Shown here one piece after another: positions 1-8,722 of a DNA stretch of 64,000 nt; position 1 is the stretch's first letter; every line of letters starts with the position of its first letter. Origin of the DNA: Nitrospira sp. (GTDB lineage: Bacteria > Nitrospirota > Nitrospiria > Nitrospirales > Nitrospiraceae); NCBI GenBank assembly GCA_047150005.1, contig AP038806.1, positions 3,680,001 through 3,744,000 on the forward strand. The letters run 5' to 3'. Under the pieces are notes generated by a model. The model was not told the origin of the DNA. It searched no databases and was given only the letters and a program-made list of their open reading frames with translations. Both the position numbers and the translations under genes were made by a program.

Positions 1-155
1 CAGAGATGTTTTTGGAGGCTTATCACTCCACTGTCAAAGAGGAGTCCGTCAGCCAAGGTCAATTTGCTGCACGGATCTTAATGCTCGCATTGGAACGCGA
101 AATGGGGACCCGCCTGCGGAGGAAAAGATCGCAAGCGAACAACAGTATCGGGTGA
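1..155 (+). CDS. Possible 3' end of an unknown gene entering from outside the window (element cargo)
   Basis: Frame 3 is open from the window edge (EMFLEAYHSTVKEESVSQGQFAARILMLALEREMGTRLRRKRSQANNSIG) to TGA at 153-155; no motif recognised. Confidence 0.3.
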   Translation, partial: EMFLEAYHSTVKEESVSQGQFAARILMLALEREMGTRLRRKRSQANNSIG

Positions 156-207
156 AAGAAGTGCGTTGTGATGACGATAAGAACCAGATGCCAGCGTTGT
201 TTTCATT

Positions 208-237
208 CACACCCATGCAACCCATTGCATGGGTGTG
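208..237. repeat. Perfect 13-bp inverted repeat with 4-nt loop; candidate oriT hairpin or terminator
   Basis: CACACCCATGCAA-CCCA-TTGCATGGGTGTG, upstream of the RHH/T4CP/relaxase operon once the IS is removed. Confidence 0.6.
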
Positions 238-409
238 CCGGCCAGGATGTGAGCAATCTATGCAAGTTAAGACCGTAAGCCAAACAATCAGTTGGGACCA
301 TACATCCTCTCGTCCTGTGCCCGGCACACATCCGCAAACCAGTTGGCTCGAATGGTGGATCACAGGCTCACGTATACCGATAGCCTAGCAAGGGAATCGG
401 AGGCTCAGA

Positions 410-1558
410 TGTATAACTCACGACTTCATCTGACAGACAGCGAGTCCTCACCGGGTTTAGGCCGCTAACATTTTCTCCTTGGCCAGTGGCACACTATCGA
501 GAAACGTCTGCATCGGTGTCTTGCCATAGCACCAGCGCCCTTGGTGGGGGCGCTGCTCGTTGTACTCCTGGATCCACGCATCCAAGTCAGCCTGGAGGTC
601 CTCCAGCGTTCGATAGATCTTCTTGCGGAGCGCCACGCGGTAAAACTCGTTCAACATGGTCTTGTGGAACCGTTCACAGATCCCGTTGGTCTGGGGATGC
701 CGCGTCTTGGTGCGCGTATGATCGATGTTCTCCACGGCCAGATAGAGTTCGTACTCATGGCGCTCCGGAGTTCCACAGTATTCCGTGCCGCGATCCGTGA
801 GCACACGGTTCAGCGGAATGGCATGCTGCTCGAAGAACGGCAAGACCCGATCATTGAGCAATTCCGCGGCCGTCACCGGCGTCTTGCGGTCGTACAGCTT
901 CGCAAATCCCACCTTGCTGTAGGTATCGATGAAGGTTTGCTGGTAGATGCGGCCGACGCCCTTCAAGGTGCCGACGTAGAACGTATCCTGCGCGCCGCAG
1001 TAGCCGGGACATTCGCTCTCAAATTCGCCGTGGGCCTCTTTGTCCGCCGTCGCCTTCTCCAGCGCCACGACTTGGGCCTCGGTAAGCACCAGTCCCGCTT
1101 GGGCTACCTTCGCTTCCAGTGCCTTTAAGCGTTTCCGCATCGTTGCGAGATCATGGCGGAGCCAGATACAGCGCACGCCCGCTGGGGAGATGGACAGCGC
1201 CTGCTTGCGCAGTTCATTCGCCACGCGGGCTTGTCCCCACGCGGGTTGCTCAATAGCGATCTGCACGATGGCCTGTTCCACCTCGGGTGCCACCCGATTC
1301 TTGAGGAGCGGCTTCTGCCGCGAAATCTCTTGAAGCGCGGCCTCGCCGCCGGTCTCGTAGAGTTCCTTGAATCGATAGAAACTATCGCGGCTATACCCCA
1401 TCAGCTGGCAGGCTTTGGAGACATTGCCGAGCTGCTTCGCCAGTTCCAGCACGCCGACTTTCGTCTTAATGATCTTTTGTTCCGTCGTCATGGTCCTCGC
1501 TCCTTTCGTGAAGAGGGAGGACTCTAGCTGACTGTCAGATTAAGTTCTAGCTTCCACA
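410..1558 (-). mobile_element. Complete IS481-family insertion sequence
   Basis: TGT...ACA ends; imperfect TIRs TGTATAACTCACGACTTCATCTGACAG / TGTGGAAGCTAGAACTTAATCTGACAG; direct repeat GCTCAGA at 403-409 and 1559-1565. Confidence 0.92.
457..1491 (-). CDS. IS481-family DDE transposase
   Basis: N-terminal HTH ([14 protein letters not shown]); rve core QDTFY...TDRGTEY...[10 protein letters not shown]. Confidence 0.95.
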   Translation of the reverse strand: MTTEQKIIKTKVGVLELAKQLGNVSKACQLMGYSRDSFYRFKELYETGGEAALQEISRQKPLLKNRVAPEVEQAIVQIAIEQPAWGQARVANELRKQALSISPAGVRCIWLRHDLATMRKRLKALEAKVAQAGLVLTEAQVVALEKATADKEAHGEFESECPGYCGAQDTFYVGTLKGVGRIYQQTFIDTYSKVGFAKLYDRKTPVTAAELLNDRVLPFFEQHAIPLNRVLTDRGTEYCGTPERHEYELYLAVENIDHTRTKTRHPQTNGICERFHKTMLNEFYRVALRKKIYRTLEDLQADLDAWIQEYNEQRPHQGRWCYGKTPMQTFLDSVPLAKEKMLAA

Positions 1559-1595
1559 GCTCAGACCCCTGACATCTAATATCACAGGAGCATGT

Positions 1596-1925
1596 ATGCA
1601 GATACGATTGAGGTTGAGCGAGCAAATTTCGTCGGCGGTGAGGCAGCAGGCCGGACAGCGGCGCGTCCATGTGCATGATTACGTGCGTCATTTGGTAGAG
1701 CGGGGACTGCTTGTCGATGTCATTACATTGACACGCGTTGCACAGGGACAATCCATGCCAATAGCGCAACAAGTTCTTGAGTCAATACTTGAAACCCGAA
1801 ATCTCCTCCGGTCACTCATGGCGGTGCGTGATCAGCAGACCGTGAGTCGAGCTCAGGCCGAGGCAAAACGCGAAGCAGATCTGTGCTATGCGAAAGGAGC
1901 ACATCATGCCTCTCCTGCGGCCTGA
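1596..1925 (+). CDS. Ribbon-helix-helix relaxosome accessory protein (TrwA-like)
   Basis: Alternating strand QIRLRL followed by two helices; AGGAG SD; first gene of the T4CP-relaxase operon. Confidence 0.65.
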   Translation: MQIRLRLSEQISSAVRQQAGQRRVHVHDYVRHLVERGLLVDVITLTRVAQGQSMPIAQQVLESILETRNLLRSLMAVRDQQTVSRAQAEAKREADLCYAKGAHHASPAA

Positions 1926-3798
1926 CTTTTCAGGAAATTTTACTCGAGGTTCGGACACGGCCGCCACTCATATGCGCCTTCTGATCAAAGGTGCATTGTA
2001 TTGCTTTCTTGTATTTGCGGCGACGGCAATGACCACCACTCTTTGGCTCGTGCACGAGACGGTGGAGCGAACGGAATGGGATTGGTTCGTTCGGGTGGTC
2101 TTCGCGAAGCAGGCGTGTTCCTTCGATAAAGATCCCGCCTGCCAGGTTGTGCTCACTATACCGACTGACCAGCGTGCGGTTGATATGACCGCGGCAAACC
2201 TTGCCATTTTTGCGGAGACACCAGAAGTTCAAGCATATCTGGCCGGAGTGCGCAGCAAATTCACACAGGCGACCGTTCTAGGTGTGATGACTGGCTGTCT
2301 CACAGCCGCAGCGAGCTTCTTCTATTTTCTCCTCAGAGGATGGCGGTTGAAGAAGGCCATCCAAATCTCCGGTCTTTGTCTGGCTCCTGCCTTTGTTCTG
2401 TACTGGAAGCTAACGATGCTCCAGCACGTCAGTCCACACGTCCTCGGCGGACGTTGGCATGGCGCGCTGTGGTTTTCTGGCATGCCGATGATCCGTGGCA
2501 CGGAAACGTTGCACAGCGTCTACATTGGCGCCACTGGTGTGGGAAAAACCCAACTGATGCACCAGCGGATCGATACCGCACGACATTGGGGTGAACATGG
2601 GGTGGTGTATGACGACGGAGGCATTCTCCTTTCTCAGCACTTCCGGCTCGGCGACATCATCCTGAACCCATTTGATGCTCGCAGCGCTTTTTGGACGCCG
2701 TTTGCAGAAATTACCTGCGAGGCTGACTGTCGGGCCGTCATGGAAAGTTTATTCCCAATCAGTGAACGGACGTCTGATCCGATTTGGATCAATTCAGCGC
2801 GCGTGTGGGGGACCGATATTCTCTGGAAATTGTATAGCGAAGGTCGGCACTCGAACAAAGCGATCTACGACACGATGAAAGCGAAACTAGATGAGCTGAT
2901 CGTGCGGTTCGAAAACACGGTCGCTGGATCACAGATGGCCGTAGATAGGACGGGGGAAAGCATCCGTGCTGAGTTGCTGAGTCGTGCGGAGATCTTCAGG
3001 TTCCTCCCGGACGCGCCACATGGAATCCGACCATTTTCCATACGGCGGTGGGCGCTCAATCCGCAAGGTTGGCTGTTCTTCCCAGTTCAGGAACGGTGGC
3101 ATGCGCTCTTGAAACCTCTGCTGAGCCTCTGGATCGATCAATTCTGCCTCTCGTTGTTCGATCGTCTGCCCGACCAACCTGGTCCTTGCACCTGGCTCAT
3201 CCTTGATGAAGTAGGCAGCCTGCAGAGACTGCCGAGCCTTGAACGTCTGTTGATGAAGGGCCGGAAGTTTAATTGTGCCGTGCTGCTTGGCATTCAAACC
3301 TTCGCCGCCATTCGGGGCGTGTATGGCCCAGAAGCTGCGACAAATCTCCTGGGAAATTGTCACACGCGGGTCGTATTCCTCCTGACGGATCCTGAAACAG
3401 CAGAACAGGCGAGCAGGTTGTTCGGTGATGTCACTACTATGGAGCCTGACGAATCCCTGTCGATGGGACCACATCCGATGCGTGACGGCATGACTCTGTC
3501 TCGCCGAGAAGTTCGCCGACGCCTCATTCCACCGGAGCAGTTCTTGAGTATGCGACGGCTAACCGCCTATGTCAGATTGCCTGAAGACGTTCCAGCTACG
3601 TTTATCCGATGCCGGTATCGACACTGGCCGACGATTGTTCCCCCATTCATACCCTTCTCTCTTTCCCCTGATGTGTCGGAGGTAGCTGACACGGATGAGG
3701 CATTGTTGCAGCAAGAGTCACTGGCGGCCTTGGCGCGCGAACTGACGGAACCAGCTGCCCAGGCAAAAGGGCCTCGGGGGCTCGAGGCTCTGTCATGA
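1906..3798 (+). CDS. Type IV coupling protein (TraD/TrwB family)
   Basis: Two N-terminal TM segments, Walker A GATGVGKT, Walker B LILDEVGSL, LNPFDARS motif; start moved to the ATG after AAGGAG. Confidence 0.92.
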   Translation: MPLLRPDFSGNFTRGSDTAATHMRLLIKGALYCFLVFAATAMTTTLWLVHETVERTEWDWFVRVVFAKQACSFDKDPACQVVLTIPTDQRAVDMTAANLAIFAETPEVQAYLAGVRSKFTQATVLGVMTGCLTAAASFFYFLLRGWRLKKAIQISGLCLAPAFVLYWKLTMLQHVSPHVLGGRWHGALWFSGMPMIRGTETLHSVYIGATGVGKTQLMHQRIDTARHWGEHGVVYDDGGILLSQHFRLGDIILNPFDARSAFWTPFAEITCEADCRAVMESLFPISERTSDPIWINSARVWGTDILWKLYSEGRHSNKAIYDTMKAKLDELIVRFENTVAGSQMAVDRTGESIRAELLSRAEIFRFLPDAPHGIRPFSIRRWALNPQGWLFFPVQERWHALLKPLLSLWIDQFCLSLFDRLPDQPGPCTWLILDEVGSLQRLPSLERLLMKGRKFNCAVLLGIQTFAAIRGVYGPEAATNLLGNCHTRVVFLLTDPETAEQASRLFGDVTTMEPDESLSMGPHPMRDGMTLSRREVRRRLIPPEQFLSMRRLTAYVRLPEDVPATFIRCRYRHWPTIVPPFIPFSLSPDVSEVADTDEALLQQESLAALARELTEPAAQAKGPRGLEALS

Positions 3799-6500
3799 TG
3801 AGCATTACCAAAGTAACGAGTGTCAGTGCACAGCACTATTATTCGCGCGAAGATTACTACACAACCCAAGCCGAGGCCCGTGCGGCCTCGGCTTGGGTTG
3901 GAAAAGCCGCTGACAGAATAGGACTCTCCGGACCTATTGAGCGAGATCAATTTCGAGAGGTGCTTGATGGAAAACTTCCAGACGGGATTGACATGGCTGC
4001 GAACGGCGGCAGTGAAAGACGAGCGGGCTTTGATGCGACATTCAGTGCACCGAAATCTGTCAGTTTACTCGCCGAAATTGGTGACGATACTCGTGTGTTC
4101 CATGCTCACCGTATCGCAACCCAAGCTGGACTCCATTATCTCCAAGAACATGCAGCTTATGCGCGTATGACGGAAGATGGAAATACGCGTCTCAAACAGA
4201 CCGGCAATCTTCTCATTGCGACGTTCGAGCACCACACGAGCCGTGCCGGCGATCCACAACTTCATTCGCATGCGGTAATCATCAATGCCACACAGCGGGC
4301 TGATGGTGAATGGCGCGCTTTAGCAGGAGAGAAGATCTATGAAGCGAAGATGACGGCAGGCGCGGTTTACCGGGCCACGCTGGCGCATGAGCTTCAGGAG
4401 CAGGGATATCAGATCAGTGTGACCCATAACGACGGACGTTTCGAGGTCACAGGACTCAATAAGGAGCACCTGGACCACTTCAGTCAACGTGCACGAGATA
4501 TACGGAACGTCATGGAAGACCGAGGACTCGACGGTGCAAAAGGTGCTGAGCGAGCGACTCTCCTGACGCGAGAGGCCAAAAGGGATGTAAACATAGAATA
4601 TCTGCGGCAAGAATGGCGTGAACGAGCCGAGGAGCACGGCATAGACCTCAAACGCATTGTCATGCAGGCACAGGAGCGAGCCACTTTGGGAGCGCCTGGT
4701 AAAGAGAGCTTGGTTCATGCAAAGGAAGCGGTTGAGTGGGCCGTTGCTCATACGTCGGAACGGCAGACACTGGTGAGCAGCGTAGAGCTCCATCGCTATG
4801 CTGCGGAGAAAGCAACTGGCAAAGCTAGTTTTGAGGACATCCGTGAAGCGATCGCTGAATATGAAAAGAACGGCAGCCTCATTCGAGTAAATGAGCGGTA
4901 TACCACCCTCGACGCGTTGCGCGTGGAGCAGCAGACAATTGATCTAATGAAAGCCGGCCAAAGCCGTGTCCTTCCTCTCATGGCGCGGGAGGGAGCGGAA
5001 GGCGGAATACAGGCACAAAGCCTAACTTCTGGGCAAGAGCGCGCTGTGCTCCACATTCTCACATCATCCGACCGCTTTATCGGAATAGAGGGGCTAGCTG
5101 GTACTGGAAAAACGACGATGCTCCGGCACGTCAACAGCGCCATCAAGGAGAGCGGCATTCAAGTGCATGGATTAGCCGTCTCGGCATCGGCTGCGAGGAC
5201 CCTTGAAAACGAAGCCGGCATTCGCTCGGAGACGGTAGCGCAGTTTCTCCATACGCCCGCCAGTCGGGTCTTCGATGACACACGCAAGCTCTACGTCATT
5301 GACGAATCATCGCTCCTCGGCGCGCGAATGGCACACGGGCTGATGGCACGCATTCAGCAAGAAAACGCGAGAGCGGTGTTTGTAGGCGATCGGGGCCAAT
5401 TGTCGGCGATCGAAGCCGGCAAGCCGTTCGCTGTGCTTGTCAATCAAGGCATGCAAACCGTGCGGATGGATCAAATCCTGAGACAGCGCGATGCTGATTT
5501 GAGGTTTGTGGTTGAAAAGGCCGCGGAGGGTCGGACACTGGAGACAATTTCCCATCTTGAAAAGCTTGGACGGCTGACTGCCGTCTCGGACCGCAATGAC
5601 CGCCTGGCCATGGTGGTGGCGGAGTACCTTGGACGTCCACCGTCTGAACAAGCAGATACGTTGGTGCTAACCGGTTCCCGGGAGGATCGCAGTGCTCTGA
5701 ATGAGACGATTCGAACTGGGCTTCAACAACAAGGTGTGCTATCAGCCCACGAAATGGAAGCAGATGTGCTCGTTCAGAGAGCCTTCACGAAGGCGCAATT
5801 GCGGGAGGGCGGATCGTACAACGTGGGTGAGATGGTGCGGTTTGCCAAGTCCTACCCAGGATTAGAGATCAGCAAGGGAGACTATGGCATCATCCAAGCC
5901 GTAAATGCTGAGCAAGGCATAGTGGTCCTGAGAATGGAATCAGCTGGACGGATTATAGACTGGCAACCTGAACGGTATGCGGGTGTCGAAGTGTTTCAGC
6001 GAGAACACCGAAGCCTGCGAGACGGTGATTTGATCAGGTGGACAAAGAATGACTACAGCCAAGATCGCCGGAACGGCGATGTGGCGCGTGTCGTCATCGA
6101 TTTCGAAAAAGGCGCCATCGCTATCCGTGACAGGGAGGGCAACGAATCCGCCTTCGATCCCAAGCGCGATCGACATTGGGACCACGGATACGCATCCACA
6201 ATTCACAGCAGTCAAGGACGAACAGCCGACCGCACTATTGTGCACGCCGATAGTCAGCAGTTGGCGACGAACAAAGAGGCCTGGTATGTCGCCGTGTCGC
6301 GGCCACGGAATGACCTGCGGGTCATTACGGATGATGTGAAAAGCTTACGAGAAGCGGTGGGTGAAAGCCGAGCGCAGGAGAGCGCAATCGAGGCAGTTGG
6401 AAAAAGTGGTGTCGAGAAAACCTATGACCGACAGTTGGATCGTGATCTTAGCCGTATAGCCCAGGTTTCACTAGCGAGGCAAGCGGAGTTGGAACGGTGA
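3795..6500 (+). CDS. mobF: MOBF (TrwC/TraI-type) relaxase-helicase
   Basis: HYY...DYY tyrosine pairs, FDATFSAPKSVS, HHTSRAGDPQLHSH; SF1 helicase GLAGTGKT, DESS, HGYASTIHSSQG; ATGA overlap with the T4CP gene. Confidence 0.96.
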   Translation: MMSITKVTSVSAQHYYSREDYYTTQAEARAASAWVGKAADRIGLSGPIERDQFREVLDGKLPDGIDMAANGGSERRAGFDATFSAPKSVSLLAEIGDDTRVFHAHRIATQAGLHYLQEHAAYARMTEDGNTRLKQTGNLLIATFEHHTSRAGDPQLHSHAVIINATQRADGEWRALAGEKIYEAKMTAGAVYRATLAHELQEQGYQISVTHNDGRFEVTGLNKEHLDHFSQRARDIRNVMEDRGLDGAKGAERATLLTREAKRDVNIEYLRQEWRERAEEHGIDLKRIVMQAQERATLGAPGKESLVHAKEAVEWAVAHTSERQTLVSSVELHRYAAEKATGKASFEDIREAIAEYEKNGSLIRVNERYTTLDALRVEQQTIDLMKAGQSRVLPLMAREGAEGGIQAQSLTSGQERAVLHILTSSDRFIGIEGLAGTGKTTMLRHVNSAIKESGIQVHGLAVSASAARTLENEAGIRSETVAQFLHTPASRVFDDTRKLYVIDESSLLGARMAHGLMARIQQENARAVFVGDRGQLSAIEAGKPFAVLVNQGMQTVRMDQILRQRDADLRFVVEKAAEGRTLETISHLEKLGRLTAVSDRNDRLAMVVAEYLGRPPSEQADTLVLTGSREDRSALNETIRTGLQQQGVLSAHEMEADVLVQRAFTKAQLREGGSYNVGEMVRFAKSYPGLEISKGDYGIIQAVNAEQGIVVLRMESAGRIIDWQPERYAGVEVFQREHRSLRDGDLIRWTKNDYSQDRRNGDVARVVIDFEKGAIAIRDREGNESAFDPKRDRHWDHGYASTIHSSQGRTADRTIVHADSQQLATNKEAWYVAVSRPRNDLRVITDDVKSLREAVGESRAQESAIEAVGKSGVEKTYDRQLDRDLSRIAQVSLARQAELER

Positions 6501-6637
6501 AGACTGAGGGAAGTCTTTCAAGGCATGGGGCCACGCCATGCGCTTGACGACATCCCCCAGACCCCCTAGCAAAGCGCCGGCTTACGCCCGCGCGGAAGGA
6601 GAACCATGTTTCAAGTGCAAAGGAACTGTGCAGTTCC

Positions 6638-6829
6638 ATGGTGACAAGTCGGCATTTGGTCAACATTCAGGAGGCGAGCCAATACATCGGCCTCTCCGTT
6701 CATACGGTCTACACCATGGTCAGTCAGCGTCGGATCCCATTTGTGAAAATCGGCCGCCTGACCAAATTCGATATTCGATTGCTGGACGATTGGATCAAGA
6801 AGAATACCGTCATGCCCAAGGCATCTTGA
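6638..6829 (+). CDS. Excisionase-like HTH protein (recombination directionality factor)
   Basis: 63 aa, NIQEASQYIGLSVHTVY...IPFVKIGR...LDDWI; next to the integrase. Confidence 0.85.
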   Translation: MVTSRHLVNIQEASQYIGLSVHTVYTMVSQRRIPFVKIGRLTKFDIRLLDDWIKKNTVMPKAS

Positions 6830-6837
6830 TTCGTGTA

Positions 6838-6849
6838 CTCATATATGAG
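6838..6849. promoter_or_regulatory. Palindromic candidate operator upstream of the XRE gene
   Basis: Perfect palindrome CTCATATATGAG between TTGATT (6826-6831) and the XRE ATG. Confidence 0.5.
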
Positions 6850-6861
6850 AACATCGCTCGC

Positions 6862-7080
6862 ATGACAAAGCTTCGAGCGATTCGCGAAAGAAAGGGGGTG
6901 ACTTTACGGATGCTGGCTAACATGTCGGGTGTTGCCTTGGCTACGTTAGTCAGGATTGAGGGCAGCGGTTACGATCCGCGTCTTAGCACTTTAAGAAAGC
7001 TTGCAAAGGCGCTTGAAGTATCCGTTGCCGAATTGATCGGGGAACAACTACTCAAGAAAGGAGGTAGACAGTGGGCCTGA
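6862..7080 (+). CDS. XRE/Cro-C1 HTH transcriptional regulator
   Basis: KLRAIRERKGVTLRMLA...RIEG...PRLSTLRKLAKALEVSVAELI; overlaps the integrase start. Confidence 0.88.
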   Translation: MTKLRAIRERKGVTLRMLANMSGVALATLVRIEGSGYDPRLSTLRKLAKALEVSVAELIGEQLLKKGGRQWA

Positions 7081-8281
7081 CCAAGAGACGAGACGGATAC
7101 TACGTGGAATTCTTCGTTGTAGATGCCGGGAAAGGCCTTTCTCTGGCTCCGCCCGGCACAGGAAAAATCAAACGCTGGAAGGTTGGCTCAAGCAATAAGG
7201 CCCATGCCAAAAATCAGGAGGCCATTATCAAGACCCGGCTTTTATCGGGGCAAGAGCCGAGTCCCAGCATGGCACGTGCACGTGCCATGACGTTTAGGCG
7301 ATGGGCTAAGATCTATCTTGATCTGGAAGAAGTACAGAAAATCGCAACATACGAGGACAGGAAGCTAAAGGTTCGGCATTTGGTAGACTTTTTTGGAGAC
7401 AAACCACTTGCTGAAATCACTCCCGAAGACGTGGCGATATACCGGGAGCAACGGAGGCAATATAAACGAATCCCATGTCCTTGCTGTACCAAAATGGTCA
7501 CGCGTGCCACGTGTGCAAAGTGTGGATGGGAACGGACCGATAAGCCAACACCTGTCTCACTGCAAACCATTAACCACGATCACACGGCACTGACCCACAT
7601 GCTGAACATTGCCAAGAGTCCGCGATTCAAATTTATTGTTGAGAATCCGGCTTCACATGTTCCGAAGCCTGACCCAAAGAACGAACGCGATCGGGTTGCT
7701 AGCGCGGATGAATGGCATCGGTGGAAGGCGGCCGCAGCACCACATATCCGGTGTTTCATGACCATTGCGTATTTTGTAGGCCCACGAAGAGGCGAGCTGT
7801 TGAAATTGGAATGGCCGGATGTGGATCTTCGACGGAAAGAATTTACCTTGCGCAAGACCAAGAATGGAGAGACCAGGGTGGTGCCTATGACTCCCGAGGT
7901 CTATGAGGTGTTTCGGGAGTTGTGGAAGGAACGCCGCCTAGACACCCCCGGAGTGTTCCTGTATAAAGGGAAACCGATGAAAAACATCCGAACGGCTTTT
8001 GCCGCGGCCTGTCGGAGGGCGGGAATCACGAACCTGCGGGTGCATGATTTTCGTCACACTGCGAGTACGAATCTCAGGCGAGCTGGTGTTGACACTATGA
8101 CAGCTATGAAGATTATCGGTCACAAGAGCGAACAGATGCATCGGCGGTATAATACCATCCACCCGGCGGACCTCCATGCAGCTGCTGCTAAGCTACACAA
8201 GTACTCCGCCGTTAACACCCTAATAACACTTGATGAAATAAGTCCAACAGGGCAGAGTGCAAGTGATTGTAATTCCAATGT

Positions 8282-8291
<10 letters not shown>
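7071..8291 (+). CDS. Tyrosine recombinase/integrase with Cys-rich insertion
   Basis: [25 protein letters not shown] catalytic motifs; AAGGAGGT SD before GTG; stop codon inside tRNA-Pro. Confidence 0.95.
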
Positions 8292-8358
<67 letters not shown>

Positions 8359-8476
8359 TAATGTGCAAGTTTCAATAGACCGTCGAGAGATTTGAAGCGG
8401 CTGAGCGCCGACAGTCGAGAAGGAAAAGGTCGCTTGCAATTTGTGCGACCGTCAGCGAAGACGCCGGGCCGAAGGC

Positions 8477-8497
8477 CAAATCCTCTCGCCCCGACCA
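8477..8497 (+). repeat. 21-bp direct copy of the tRNA-Pro 3' end
   Basis: CAAATCCTCTCGCCCCGACCA, identical to 8338-8358. Confidence 0.93.
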
Positions 8498-8504
8498 AAC
8501 CGCA

Positions 8505-8568
8505 CTTCGTGTGAGCAGCAGACTCACCATCGCTTTATCGTACCTACCACCTGCGGATAAAAACCTTC
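8505..8568. repeat. Single copy of the tRNA-trailing structured repeat
   Basis: CTTCGTG...CAGCAGACTCACCA...CCTGCGGATAAAAACCT resembles the units at 10450-10688. Confidence 0.6.
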
Positions 8569-8722
8569 GGTATTGTATTGCAGCCTGCTTGCTTGACCCG
8601 CTTCATGTCCCGATAACGGTTTGCGCAATGCCAAGCCTTCCGTTCCTTCCACGGTGATTGTTCCCCGCGTCATGTCCGATGTTGGGTGCCTAAGATTTGC
8701 GTCGCCGCGACGCTCGTCTGCG

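Larger units (their letters stand above)
1..8281 (+). mobile_element. Right part of an integrative mobilisable element abutting tRNA-Pro; left end outside the window
   Basis: RHH+T4CP+relaxase+xis+XRE+int co-oriented and ending at a tRNA; visibly more AT-rich than downstream genes; no mating-pair genes in view. Confidence 0.8.

Noticed and set aside
6538..6861. N-terminal extension of the XRE ORF
   Set aside because: Overlaps the excisionase in another frame; the HTH begins at ATG 6862
8477..8497. tRNA 3' duplicate as attR of the integrative element
   Set aside because: Only 118 bp lie between the repeats, and the integrase and mobilisation genes are on the other side of the tRNA
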